64,000 nt of DNA from Octopus vulgaris (taxonomy: Eukaryota): NCBI GenBank assembly GCA_951406725.2, contig OX597819.1, positions 22,506,001 through 22,570,000 of the forward strand. The letters run 5' to 3'. Position numbers and translations under genes: made by a program. This document shows positions 1 through 12,904 of this stretch, piece after piece; within the stretch, counting starts at the first letter, position 1, and every line of letters begins with the position of its first letter. A model generated the notes under the pieces. The model was not told the DNA's origin. It did no database searches and saw nothing but the letters and a program-made list of their open reading frames with translations.

Positions 1-225
1 ATCGACAAACTACTTACATTGTTCGTGACTGGAAAATCACTCAATCCCAGATGCTTGAAGGGCGTCAAAACGCTAACCACAGAGAACACTGCAAGCAAAA
101 AGGCTTGGATGAGGAGAGCAATTTTCCCCGACTGGCTGCAGAAGTTGACTAAACCGTCAGACTTCAAAAACGAAAAATTGCCCTAGAATTGGACAACGTC
201 CTATCACACTCACACATAAATTCTC
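1..225 (+). mobile_element. Tigger/pogo DDE_1 transposase fragment (5' part, decayed)
   Basis: Frame 1 reads IDKLLTLFVTGKSLNPRCLKGVKTL...ASKKAWMRRAIFPDWLQKL, then RKIALELDN after a frameshift. This matches the pogo/Tigger GKSxxPRC..K..NKKAWM and LLxDN motifs. Confidence 0.85.
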
Positions 226-887
226 ACATAATTTAATAGAATTGCAATGGTGCCTATAATAGCATAAAAATTAAAATCCTTTTGATCGAGGTTTATTCAA
301 GAAACGATTTTAATCTAAACACGAAGGATTTGTTGCAGTTACTGTTAAGAATTACAATATTTTGGTTTCCTGAAATGTTCTAAAAGCAAGTAGTAGTAAG
401 GCACCTGTTACTCATGCAACACATTCAATAAACTGACATTATGCTGCAAGGAGATACAAACACATTTACATCACAGTAAAATTGGCACATATATTCATAA
501 TAATACCTTTCAAAGTCAACACGTTACAAAAGCAACAGACTACAAACTCTCTGTGACAACACACCACATACCTTTACAAAAACTCCGCTCTGATAACTAA
601 ATACAAAATCTACAGCTTACTCGCAGCACAATACAAAAATACACATTATTTGTAATGCAGTAAAGAAAAATACAGTACGTCTACAAATTTGCTATACACT
701 AAATCGACGAAATATTTGCAACATTTTATAAACAACAAAATTACAAATGATTGAAATATGAGAAAACGAGGGGTGACTTGATTATGTCATTACTTGATTA
801 TCAAAAGTAATAGCCAAATTTCCCTCAAACCATATTTATTGTCTCTTTTTATGTTAAGGGAAAAGAGACATAGAATGTAATCTTATA

Positions 888-1093
888 TACAGGGGTTCCC
901 ATAATCAATGCAACCGAATTTTTAAATTTCGCCGGAGCAAAATATTATTATATTTCAGGTCTGAGTGTTGCAATGCATTAGTAAAGGAAACACAATGGTG
1001 AAGCTACCACATTTATTTGATATGACCACCTTTGTTTCGAATCACATCCTTAAGTCTAGGTACGAGTGCTTCACACACAACACGCAGAACGCT
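888..1093 (-). mobile_element. Tc1/mariner-superfamily 3' end fragment with terminal inverted repeat
   Basis: Minus strand reads VLRVVCEALVPRLKDVIRNKGGHIK* (stop 1013-1015), the typical RLxxxIxxKGGHxE C-terminus. It ends at TA|CAGGGGTTCCC near 888. Confidence 0.7.
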
Positions 1094-1094
1094 A

Positions 1095-1760
1095 ACATAA
1101 CAAGCAACACGCAGCTCACTAAAATGGCACTCCATTTTTTTACAACCCAACACTACCTATGCATCAAGGTATAATAAAGAACATCAAAACTCACTACCGA
1201 CACCTACTCGTAGACAAGCTTATATTATCATTAGACAGCTCAAAATTTACTACAGATACTGTGTTGGATTCTCTGCATTTATTACAACGTGCCTGGTTAT
1301 CTGTCACTAGAATCACAATAGCAAACGACTTCAGACACGCTGGATTTCCCAACAAAACTCTGGACACTACTGATGACATAAATAACGAAAATACAACTCA
1401 CAGAATTATTTCGATGAGCAAGACAAATAGGAGTTGACTTATCTGACTCCTTTCATGAATACGTCTCTGTTGACGATAACACCATTGCATCAAAGTCGAT
1501 GACTGACGAAGCCACAATAGAAAACATCATTCAAAAATACAACCGAACAGTTACAGGAATTCATGAAGAATGTGACTCAGGAGATTTAATTCAACCAACA
1601 CCTAAATTATCTTCTGCAGTAGCTACATCTGAGGCAATTTATTCAAATCCACGAGAACTCTGCTGACATGTTTGCTTTTCTTACTCAGTTGGAAAATTTC
1701 ATAGAAAATGTGGAATGGAAAAGCTAGAAGCAAAGTGTCATAGAAGATTACTTTGCATGT
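1095..1760 (+). mobile_element. Tigger/pogo transposase fragment (3' part, decayed)
   Basis: QGIIKNIKTHYR...LDSLHLLQRAWLSVTRITIANDFRHAGF corresponds to the DQGIIxxxKxxYR and AWxxVxxxTIxNCFxxAGF motifs. It continues the fragment at 1-225. Confidence 0.85.
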
Positions 1761-1968
1761 AGCAATTCTAAAAGATGACATTTTTGCAATTTTCAATAGT
1801 TTTTGAAAGTAAATGCTTACTTGTGAACACGTTTGTTTTCTAGTTCCTGACAAATGTATCTAAATTTTTTTATCACATCACAATGACAACATGACTTGAA
1901 GTTTTGAACTTCGGTTGTCTTGAAAGCGTGTGGAAGTTTTTAGCCTGTCCCCTGAACTTCGACACAAC

Positions 1969-2011
<43 letters not shown>

Positions 2012-2047
2012 ATATATATTGTATATATATATATATATAGATATATG

Positions 2048-2104
<57 letters not shown>

Positions 2105-2131
2105 TGTATATATATATGTATATGCATATAT

Positions 2132-2162
<31 letters not shown>

Positions 2163-2174
2163 TATATATGTATA

Positions 2175-2220
<46 letters not shown>

Positions 2221-2487
2221 ATCAAAATAAGCAACAAGTATATCCGAGGTAGAGCAGTACAATTGTTTCATGCTACTTCATTTTATTAAACATTGTAAGT
2301 ATTACATCAGCTTTAAAATGACGAGGAATCTTCAGCCACTTATAGAATTTTCCAGTCAAACGGACAATGCACATTCTTATCTCTATTTCATTTCCCAACA
2401 TTATAAAGAGGGTAGATATAAAGAAAGAGAGGTTGATTTCATTCTTAAGAACATGATAGTAGTAAATTCACTCTTTGACTGTATGTA

Positions 2488-2535
<48 letters not shown>

Positions 2536-2574
2536 TACATATATATATATACACATATATATATATACATATAT

Positions 2575-2622
<48 letters not shown>
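1969..2622. repeat. (TA)n-rich microsatellite tracts
   Basis: Interrupted (TA)n runs at about 1969-2219 and 2482-2622; source of the YIYI ORFs. Confidence 0.95.
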
Positions 2623-2626
<4 letters not shown>

Positions 2627-3069
2627 AGTCCTTGGACGAAAATTGTGTGCACCTTTTGCTTCGACGGTTAACGGTGGCCAAACCGAGACTAGGATCGAGC
2701 TAAAAATTGGCAGGGATACTAAATGCGTGGTGAGGATGAGACCCGCTATGGTTAAAATTCGCAAACTATAAAGATGTGGTTGCTATGACAAAAAGAGTGA
2801 TTTTCTATCGATTCAAGGGGGCCCAGAGCACCTCTAGATTTGGGCGTGTGGCTTTTAATCCCCAGCTGCATGCACTGCAGGCTGTTGTGCTCAATAAACA
2901 TACATTTTGTCGCGAAATTCCGGCTACTAGGAAACGATTTTTCATTGTGACAAACGAGTGTTTTTTGCCCTCATTTTCTTTTTAATCTTTTCCATAAATT
3001 AACTATCGTAAAAATTTTCTGCCATGGCCTCACATTTTCTATGTATGTGCAACTTAAAAGACGTGATTA

Positions 3070-3385
3070 GACAGAGGTCGAATAAAATTGAATGGACCGG
3101 CCGCTGGTAATGATGTTCTTATAACTCAAATATCCCTCACTCCCTTCGATACGAGCTACATTTTTAAGCGGCTTCAATTTCCTATCAAACTCTCCTTTGC
3201 AATGACAATAAATAAGGCACAGGGTCAATCATTGCAAATGGTTGGTTTAAATCTCACAGAGCAAGTGCTCTCCTACGGTCAACTTTATGTTGGATGCCCC
3301 CGTGTTGGCAGGCCACAAAGTCTATACATTTTTGCATCAGAAGGGAAGACAAGAAACGTTGCCTACAGAAGCGCTCCACTGAAAA
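3070..3385 (+). mobile_element. Helitron PIF1-like helicase C-terminal fragment
   Basis: FKRLQFPIKLSFAMTINKAQGQSL..VGLNL...SYGQLYVGCPRV..KTRNVAY matches the conserved Helitron helicase C-terminal motifs. Confidence 0.9.
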
Positions 3386-4045
3386 TACGGCATTTCTTCA
3401 CATCTTTCAAATCACCCCAGTCATCTGCCGGCTCAAATGCTTCGTAGTCGCGGTGTCAGCCAACTTAACTCCATGTCACACACCTTCACCCACTCACTCT
3501 AACTCTCTTTCTCACCCTCTGTCTCTCACACATACAGACTCGCAAACAAGCACACACACACACACACACACACACACGTCCATTTTACATACCTGCTTTC
3601 AATTTCTGCTCCTTGCAAATAAAATTTTTATGGATACAACTGCTTACAAAAATAGGGATTAATGTATAATTTCTTTATATGTTCATAATTAAATAAATGT
3701 TTTAATAATTAGACAGAGATCCAATACAATAGCACTCAGAAATAGACTACGTGCAAATTCTTTGCAAATTCTTTCTTCACAACTCCAGAAGCTGTTTTCT
3801 GACAGGAGGCAGAGTGAAGAAATTTTCATACAGCTGGATGCTCCAATCGAAACAGGGAACAAGAAAATCAAATCGACGCAGTGCCAGATAACTTTATATT
3901 AGACGCGTTTCCGATTTTAATGCATTATAAGAAAACTTTAACGAATAAATTTAATTTTTTAAATCATATCTGAGTTATGATGGAAACAATCATTTAAATA
4001 TTTCATACAAATTCCATTTAAAAAATAAGATAATTTTAGAAGTTC

Positions 4046-4205
4046 ACTTACGTATACGAAAAGGACAAAGCGGTGAAGAAATATGAATGAATGAATAATG
4101 CGAAAGCGATGAGTATTTATAACTGAATGTAACACCTCCAATACTAATAAACAGCTGGTGACAATATATCTCAGTCTCAAACCTGAATAGGATAATAATG
4201 ACAGT
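4046..4205 (-). promoter_or_regulatory. Paralog D: promoter and non-coding exon 1 of the secreted-peptide gene family
   Basis: Minus-strand TATAAATA at 4114-4121, CAGCTG at 4152-4157 and donor AC|GTAAGT at 4046-4051. Colinear similarity to 41258-41420, 49460-49610 and 54757-54926. No exon 2 found in 1-4045. Confidence 0.65.
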
Positions 4206-4754
4206 TTACAAAATACTTGCTGAGAACTAAAGATATTTTATGGCTCGCAGACAAGTGCAAACAAAGATGTCTTCTACTGCACCTGAAGTTAATAATGTGA
4301 ATTTGTAAAGGGTGTACCGATCGACACGACAGTATAGATCAACACCCGGGAAGATTGATCAAGAGATAGATGGATATACACATATACAACTACGTCAAGT
4401 GTCTGACGACACATGTTTCATGAGCTTTAATATTTTTTTGGCCATTCTTTTTTTTTTAAACTTACATTTTAAAACTTACAAATAACTAATGTCAGACACA
4501 AGGATGCCTCAGCAATTGAAAGGGCATGCTGTGATAGCTGCATTAAAAACACAGGATAGTTTACGTATATATCTCAAACGCAGAAAGTTTCTCCTTATCA
4601 GATGTCACAATATTCACTCCTTTTCTATCAACATCTCACTTTAATTTCTATAATTTACGATCATTTTAAAAATCTGCTTTTCTTCTGTTATCAATCGATA
4701 CTTCATCGCTCATGGAATTTCGATCTTCTGTGAATATATGTCTGTGTGCGTTTG

Positions 4755-4853
<99 letters not shown>

Positions 4854-4855
4854 AA

Positions 4856-4921
<66 letters not shown>
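4755..4921. repeat. (TATC)n microsatellite
   Basis: Direct observation. Confidence 0.95.
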
Positions 4922-4974
4922 AGTTTTGCCTATACAAAACATGTAACTGGCTAACCCATTTTGATTGCAAGGCA

Positions 4975-6390
4975 AGCGACTTCTAGGGTCTCTCCAAAAT
5001 CCATAAGAATCAAACAATTAAGAATGCATGTAAAGAACTATACAAAATTCCACCAGGCTTCAATTTAGACCAATCGCAGCAGGCACGAGCTGTGAAACAC
5101 AAAATATGCATCTTTTTAGATATATTGCTGAAGCCTATTTCAAAATATATACCAAGTCTTGTAAGGGACGACTTTTACCTGTTAAACCACCTCCCCAATT
5201 CCATAAACAATGACACCATCATTGTAACTTTTGATACAGCAGCCCTCTATACCACAATCCCACACCAATATGGACAAGAGATAATAAATTTCTGGCTTGA
5301 AAAATTCCCTCGTGAAATTCTAGACAGAATAGAAAAGCTTTTGATCACTAAATGATTAAAATATATCATCCATGGCAATATCTGGGACTGCGGTGGCTAC
5401 AAAAGTTGCTCCAACTTACACCAATGTAGTCGTGGCATGCATGAAGGTCCAGATATATGAACAATCTAAATTAATATATGGCTAGAACTTCCACAATTAT
5501 GTACTAGAAAACTGGAAAAGTTACTAAGATGTCTGCCTAATCCTAATGGCAGACATATTTGAACTTATAGATTTCACAAATCTAATCAACTGCGTAATCA
5601 ATAATATTTGTTTCACCATGGAATACAGTAAAACTCAACTACCATTCCTAGATATGCTAATCATCAAAAAATATAAAAGCATAGGAACAGATATTCACTA
5701 CAAACAAACATAATCTAAACAATACTAACAATTCTCCTCATGTCATCGAACCACAGGAAGAATAATATCCCCTATAATCTAACAAGAAGAATCTGCACAA
5801 TTGTTTCAAACGCTGAAAATCGCAATAAAAGATTCCAGGAAATAAAACATGTATAAATTAAGAGAAAATACCCATTAATTTTAATAGACAATGGAATAGA
5901 ACGTTCCAAAAGATAAATATCTAAGAGCTACGAACAACGCTCCAGATATATTCGAAACTCTAGCCTTTATTGCAACACACAATCCAATATTATCCACCAC
6001 AACACCCCACTATTATAACAAGACCCAAGAATAAAACAGGCATTCGAAATACACAAAATAATCAAAAATAAAAGACAATCAATGACCCCACTCCAAATAA
6101 CCCACAAGTGCTAAATTACCTTCCAAAATTTCTACACCAAATGTTTAAAAGTGTGGACGCTCAATTGCGGGACCTGCATCAACTTTACTGAAGAAAGGAC
6201 ATACATATTCAAATCGAGAGAGATTTTCCCGTAAGAAATCAATTTTCATGTTCTTCAAAGAATTTAATATGCGCTATCAAATGTCAAGTATATAATGAAG
6301 ATTACATAGGTCAAACAAAGCTGACTCTAAGAATAAACTGACCATTCACCAACAACAAATATGAAACCGGAGTTCAAGACAGATTCCACT
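4975..6390 (+). mobile_element. Penelope-like retroelement, RT plus GIY-YIG (decayed)
   Basis: RPIAAG, LDILLKP, IVTFDTAALYTTIPH, GTAVATKVAPTY, LPFLDMLI, NNIPYNLTRRICTIVSN and SCSSKNLI.AIKC...YIGQTK, spread across frameshifts. Confidence 0.9.
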
Positions 6391-6550
6391 TGTTAATAAT
6401 TTGCTTTTTATTCACCTAAGTTTGAGCTGTGTGGACAGTACTGTAGAGATTTGTTGCATCAACTTAAGTACCTAATTTAACTGATTCTTAATTATTTCTT
6501 ATACGTACATGCATACATATACATACATATGTATGTGTGTGTGAACATAA

Positions 6551-6605
<55 letters not shown>

Positions 6606-6659
6606 AATATATGTATATATATATGTATGTATTATATAATACAGTGTATGTATTATATC

Positions 6660-7609
6660 TATCTATACATCTACATATAAATTTTTCTTCAGAATGAGAT
6701 AAATAACCAAGGCTGTGAAGATTTTAGAACATTTATAAATAGCTGTTTCCAGGATATTTATTATATCCCGTCATCGGAGACGATGAGAGAAAATGATTAA
6801 GCAATATATGTAAGTGTGCGTATGCGTATATGTATGTATGTATGTCTTCAAGTGTGAATGTATGTAGGTATGCATTGTATATATATACCTGCGTGCACAG
6901 GGGCGATAATACATACAGATACACGTATATATGGGTGTGCATATGAGTACGAGTTGTATACGTAGATATTGATATGTATAAAAATCTGTATAAATATATA
7001 TATATATACTCACACAAAAGGGTGAAATATATTTAATTTAATATAATTAATAAATTTCACCTAGTAGATTTATCGGTATGGAAAAGACCATATTTGGTAG
7101 GAATTATATTAATTATAATAAAGGGTTAATTGCAACAAGTTGCTCAAAACCACATACCGAAAATATTAGAAATAGCAGCCAAATTTATCACTATTTTTCC
7201 TACTAATAAAAAAGTCTCCACAAACAAACAGAATTTGTAACCCGTATATGGTAAAAAGAAAGAAAATAACGAAATCCCAGCCTATGGATTAATTATAGAC
7301 AAATCGTTTCTGGATTAGAACCGAAGGCTCATTTCCTTGTCAATATAATATTTCCTATAAATCTAGAAATGCTAGGGAAAAAACTCACCCGTTACACCTG
7401 CCCCACCAAGCGACGTCGAACGATCTAACGGACTGATAGCATCCCTACATTTATATAGACAGGCGGATTCGTATCGCCCTCCAAAATTACCACGTGAGTT
7501 GCAAAAACATTAGCAACGAAACGAAGTTTCGTAGATTTCTTGTAAGGGAGCAATAGTATTCAATATACAAAAAAGGGTGAAATATAATTATTTTAATAAA
7601 ATTAATAAA

Positions 7610-7645
<36 letters not shown>

Positions 7646-8400
7646 AAATATATACATATGTATACATTTTCACATATATATTTTCTTCTACTACTAAGTA
7701 CTGACCTGTCCAACCACCTAATCTATATTCCTAAATTCTTCATTCCATACTACGACCCCTCTCTGTGCCCCATCATTTAGACTCTATCACTACATAACTG
7801 ACTCTCCCTTACCTTTTACATTATTATACCTCTCTCTCTATCACCTCTCATTCCTTCTATCCTTTTACCCTCTAACACCTTTGTTTCTCTATCACCCTCA
7901 TCTCCCCGTTCCTACTTTCAAATCATCTTGACTGACCACTAACTGCTTCACTTTCCCTTATTATCTCTCTCCTTGTTTTTCTTTTTTCTTTTTTTCTTTC
8001 TTTTGTTTAATCCTCTCTTTTTGTATTTCTTCTTTTTTCTTCTCTTTGTTTCTCTTTTCTTTATTCCTCTCTTCATGTTTCCGATTTGTCATTACAAATA
8101 CATTCCCTACTTTTAGGTCACTTTAAATAAAACCCTTGATTCAATAGCACTGTGTACAAACTCTATACTTGGAATGACCAATTTGAAATGCTATTAGATT
8201 ATACACACAAAGTATTGCAATCTTATATGTATACCATTCTGCCTAAATAATGGATCTACAAATGCAATATCCATGCATATCTCACATCTATTTTCATTCC
8301 TACACTTCACTCTCTATTTCGTTTCTTATCTAAATTAACTATTGCTTAACCATTTTCTCACATCGTCTCCGATGAAGGGATATAATAAATATCCTGGAAA
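6660..8400. mobile_element. Non-autonomous Penelope pLTR-like repeat family (also at 27543-28350)
   Basis: GTCTCCGATGAxGGGATAT..ATATCCTGGAAA occurs at 6738-6782(-), 8365-8400(+) and 28245-28296(+). 7016-7240 resembles 27548-27770. CAAAAGGGTGAAATATA is directly repeated at about 7015 and 7570. Confidence 0.55.
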
Positions 8401-8762
8401 ATGGTAGTTTATACGTGCATTAAAAGTAGAGCATAAGTGCAAGATTTCGCGTGTGAGTTTGTACGGATGGATGTCCGTAGACAGAGAACATGCAAGTTTT
8501 GGTATATACGTCTTAGCGTGATAGTGTAAGACATTATGTATGCGTGGACGTGTTGGTGTGTGTAGAGGGGTTAAGTGCTGATAAGATGGTGGTGGGGGCT
8601 GTATGCATATGCATGAGTGTAAATGATTGTTGCGAAAATGTGTTGGGTTGCAGGGCTTGTGTCTTACGGCTTGATTGCAAGTAGTCGTGTGGTGATGAGA
8701 TATAATTGGTTAATAGGGTGTCGGTGTGAGTGGGGTACGTGGGAAGGCGGTCGTTAAAAGGG
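8400..8762. repeat. Unclassified G/T-rich dispersed repeat (diverged copy at about 15075-15390)
   Basis: Colinear blocks such as GGATGGxTGTxCGTxGACAGAGA, GTAAGACAT, GACGTGTTGGT, TGTATGCxTATGCATG, GTGTGGTGATG and GGGGTACG. Confidence 0.65.
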
Positions 8763-9790
8763 GTTAGTTAGTTAGTTAGTTAGTTAATTTGGCTCAAAAG
8801 CAAATAGCAAGGCCATGTAGGGGGACATGGAGTTATGTACAGGGTGGTGTTCATGTAAAGAGTTCAGGCCACTTGAGGTCCAGGGAGGCTTTGAACAAAG
8901 CGGTCGTCGGCATCTTCACCATCTCGTCTGGCAGCTTGTTCCACGGATCCGCAACCCGGACGGAGAAAGCTCCCCTGCTTCGATTGAGACGAAATCGTCG
9001 CAGATAGAGCTTTTCGGAATGACCCCGCAGCCGACGCTCTGGAGCAGGAGTGAAGAACAGCTCTTTCGAGAGGTTACACATTCCGCTTATGATGTTGTGG
9101 GCGAGAATGAGATCACCACGGCGGCGGCGTTTTTCAAGAGAATAAAGGTCGAGAGTCCTCAGCCTTTCTTCGTAGGACAAATTATTGAGACCATGAACCA
9201 TGCGGGTAGCCAGCTTCTGGACTCTTTCGAGATGCTGTATGTCTTTGAGGAGATAAGGAGAAGAGGCTTGAATCCCATACTCCAATATGGGTCTCACCAG
9301 CATGACATAGAGTGGTAGGAATATTGCTGCTGTGAGCATTCCGAATGACCGTCGAATCAAGAAAAGAATTCCGTGTGCTTTGTTGGCAGCATGGACGCAC
9401 TGGGCTGAAGGCGAAAAGGAGGAATCCACCAAGATACCCAGGTCCTTTACCTGATCGGTCCTCTCCAGCAGCAGACGACCCGGCTCGAAATCAAGTTGAG
9501 TTGCAGGAGTAGAGCCGACAGGCAGATGACAGCACTTTCACACGTTCAGACATAGGTCCCAATCGTTAGACCACTTCCAAATTTGGTGGAGGCATCGACG
9601 AAGATCCTCTATATTACCGCGAGGAGCGACCAGTTTGATATCGTCGGCAAATAGAAGGGTGTGTTGCGTGAGGTCGTCGGACAAGTCATTTATGAAGACT
9701 AAGAACAACAAGGGCCCAAGCACTGAACCTTGAGGCACCCCACTGCTCGCACTGGAGACGTCGGACCGCGAGCCATTAACTTGGACTTGG
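8763..9790 (-). mobile_element. CR1/L2-clade LINE, 5'-truncated, young
   Basis: GVPQGSVLGPLLFLVFINDL, LFADDIKL, KDLGILVD, LVRPILEY, ERVQKLATR and FSVRVADPWNKLP, with a single in-frame TGA at 9538-9540. 3' tail is (TAAC)n at 8763-8788. Confidence 0.95.
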
Positions 9791-10279
9791 GTTGTTGAGG
9801 AAAACATCGGGAAAGATATTTGAAACCCAAACAACTACAGGTTTGGAGAGAAAATGGTCTCCTGTTCCTTCTGGAGGTGAATGGCAGAGAATACCGTAAT
9901 GGTGAGCATGCAGAATACCGATAAATGCTAGATCTGTGTCTGCCAAAATGAAGTGCCGCGAAATATATTTTTCGGTATTCTCTGGAAACCACGATCCAAG
10001 AACATTCTCAAAGTCGATCGTAAATACAAATTAATTATATTCATCGTAAAATATAAATCAATTACGTTGCACGATGAACAGCAGTTTTGCTACAATGTAT
10101 TACGTTTCTGCATTTAAACCGGAATTGTCTATAAGTAAATTGTTTAGTAGTTTTTAAATTTTTGGTTTATTTATAATTTCCATAAATTATTTTATGTTAA
10201 TTTAATCGATTTTTACTTTTAGATTTAAGCACGGGCAAATTTATATTGAGAACTCAGAAAAATAAGACGAAGTGTTAGA

Positions 10280-11000
10280 GCAAGCAAGACGAACACTAGA
10301 ATAAAAAGCGCACCCCATCATAAGGAAAATATAATGAAAATTACATGTGGTTTTATACTATCGGAAAAATACACCACGGTTACTTTTTTTATGATTTGTT
10401 TCACAACACTCTCAAATGAAGCGATGGTTCCCTGTAAAATTCAACGTAATTTCATAACAAATCATCCGCAACATAAGGACAAACCAAAAGAATACTTTGA
10501 GATCATAAAAACTATTTTTCCAATTCAATCGAAAAGACTGAAGAAATTTCTCTCAATTCCTAAGAAAGCTCCAGTCGTTGGTTACAAGATTGCCCAGCTT
10601 TTGGCACAGAAGAAAACACCACTTTATGATGTCGAAAACATAATTTTACCAGCTTTAGAGATCAGCCTTGTTACAATGATTACTGATGAAGCTGTCAAAC
10701 AAATTAAGACCATTCCTTTATCTGTTCATACCATTTCTTGTAAAATTCAAGACGTTTGCAAGGCATTGATAGTCAGCTCCGCGAACATTTTAATCAAGCA
10801 AAAATTAAACTTGAAGGCCTTAAAAGTCGATGAAAGTACAGTCATCAGAAACAAAGTTCAAATAATTTTATTTCTGCGAGTTATCAGAGGTAGTAAAATC
10901 ATAAGTCAGTTTTTGTGTTGTTGTGAATTAGAGGAAACAACTACAGCAGATGCCTTTAACCCGGTAAAACAAAATGCCGTATTGAGAGTGATACAGTGGC
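10280..11000 (+). mobile_element. hAT (Buster/Charlie, ZBED5/FAM200-like) transposase fragment
   Basis: ICFTTLSNEAMVPCKIQRNFITNHP..KDKPKEYF (BED-finger-like), KTIPLS.HTI, LKVDEST and QFLCCCELEETTT. Confidence 0.85.
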
Positions 11001-11267
11001 AAACATACACACACATACATACACACACACACAAGTACACACACACATCACATACATACATATACATACATACATATATATATGCATACCATTATATATT
11101 ATAATAATTATTCAATAATAATATAATTCCTATAAAAGGTAGAATACAATAAATAATTATATATTTAAGTATCTTACATATTATTTTTATTGTTTAGTTA
11201 ACCAGTAGGGTCATCAATAATTGTGTATGTTGTTAATTAAAATGATTTTTCAATTATTATCTAACCC

Positions 11268-11396
11268 TGATATAATCTCCAGGGATACAGGCATCCAGCA
11301 ACAGGACCTCCGTAATGCCATGATGGACCGTGAAGTCTGGCGTAGCATGGTAAATTCCATTGTCTCGACCACGGTCGAACAATGATGATGATATAA
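11268..11396 (+). mobile_element. RTE-clade LINE extreme 3' end
   Basis: PDIISRDTGIQQQDLRNAMMDREVWRSMVNSIVSTTVEQ* followed by a (TGA)n tail. TGATATAA flanks both ends (11268-11275, 11389-11396). Confidence 0.8.
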
Positions 11397-11626
11397 CGAG
11401 CTTAATTCCTACAATAGAGTTCAATATAATAAATAAATGAGTATTTGGTTTCCTTACCTGTAATTCTTATATTTATTATTGTCCAGTAATGTCATTCGAT
11501 GGATGTATATGTTGGTGTATATGATAATTTATATATAATCAAGATTAATTCTTGTAAAATTGTTTTTATGTTAAATAAATCGGTAATTAACTATTACGAC
11601 GTAAATTTTCCATTAAGCTTTACGTA

Positions 11627-12897
11627 CGAGGATCGTTCAATAAGTAATGTCCCTGACCCACTTGCATTTGTTTGATCTAGCTGAAATTTTGCATGTGCAC
11701 TTATTTATACCTCTATAGATTAAGTAGCGAATTACAGCTCTGAACTAATTGTGGTTTCTGATTTACAGGTGTTTGAACTGAGTCAAGTGTGAAATGGAGC
11801 CTGTTGAGTGTCGGGCAGTGATCTGGTTTTTGTATTTGAAAGGACGCACACCACGGGAGACTTTTGATGAAATGAAAGTAACTTATGGTGATGATGCCCC
11901 ATCATATGACCTTGTAAAACGCTGGCATTGTGAATTCAAACATAGTCGGAACTCTGTGGAAACAGCTCCCAGATCTAGTCGCCCCCTTCTGCCGTTGATG
12001 AGAGGTCTGTCCGTCAAGTTGAGGCTGCCATTTTGGAAGGTCAACGCATAACTATTCGCCAAATAGCCCATGAGGTCAAGATTAGTACCGGGTCTGTGGA
12101 AACTATCATTCATGACCATTTGCATATGCAAAAGGTGTCTGCCAGATGGATTTCCAGGTTGCTCACACCTTTCCAGAAGCAAGAACGCGTTGAGTGCTCG
12201 AGGGATGAATTTGGAGATGTGCCAAGAAGATGAGTCAAAATTTTTCAAAAGACTGATCACACAGGATAAAACCTGGGTCCATCACTATGATCCATAGACC
12301 AAAGCCCAGTCAATGCAGTGAAAGCACCGTGATTCACCTCCTCCAAAGAAGGCAAGGGTGCAGCCCTCCGCTGACAAGGTTATGCTCACAGTCCTCTGGG
12401 ACCAGGACGGAGTAGTGATAACAGATTTCCTGGCAAAGGATACCACAATTACAGGAGCCTATTATGCTTCACTTTTGAGGAAATTAAGAGAAGCTATCAA
12501 AATCAAGAGGCGGGGCAAGATCAGCAAAGGCATCCTCCTCCTGCAGGACAACGCTCCGATCCACAACTCGCGTGTCGCCAGATCAGAAGCACAGGCGTGC
12601 AGCTATGAACTCCTCCCCTTGCACCCTCTGATTTTCACCTCTTCCCAGCCATGAAGCTGATTTTGAAAGGAAAACGTTTCCCAGATGATGCAGCCTTGAT
12701 TTCTGAAGTCACGTCGTGGTTGGAGGACCAAGCTGGGGTCTTCTACAAAAACAGTCTCCAGAGCTGTATCAAACGATGGGAAAAATGCATAACTCTGGGT
12801 AGTTCCTATGTAGAAAAAGACTAATAACTGTGCCAAGTGTCGTTGCTCTACTGCTATGGGAAGTGGGTTAGGGGCATTACTTATTGAACGCCCCTCG
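11627..12897 (+). mobile_element. Full-length mariner element (irritans-like), inactive transposase at 11794-12824
   Basis: 37-bp TIRs CGAGG(AT/GG)CGTTCAATAAGTAATG(T/C)CCCT(G/A)ACCCACTT with TA at both ends. Motifs WISRLL, ITQDKTWVHHYDP, LLQDNAP and LAPSDFHLF are present. There are frameshifts and stops, and HPPYSPD is deleted. Confidence 0.97.
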
Positions 12898-12904
12898 TAG
12901 CATT

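Noticed and set aside
1815-1862. Possible exon 2 of paralog D (AG...GTAAGC on the minus strand)
   Set aside because: No similarity to the MTRLF signal exon and a weak acceptor.
1873-2764. YIYI/CVCV/LSIY-type ORFs here and throughout the window
   Set aside because: Translations of (TA)n, (TG)n, (TATC)n and (TATG)n microsatellites.
3088-3447. Host PIF1 helicase exon
   Set aside because: It has the Helitron-type C-terminus, degenerate motifs and no partner exons.
10334-11104. Domesticated ZBED5/FAM200-like gene
   Set aside because: The frame drifts in and out of homology and is truncated by a microsatellite, so it is a transposon relic.
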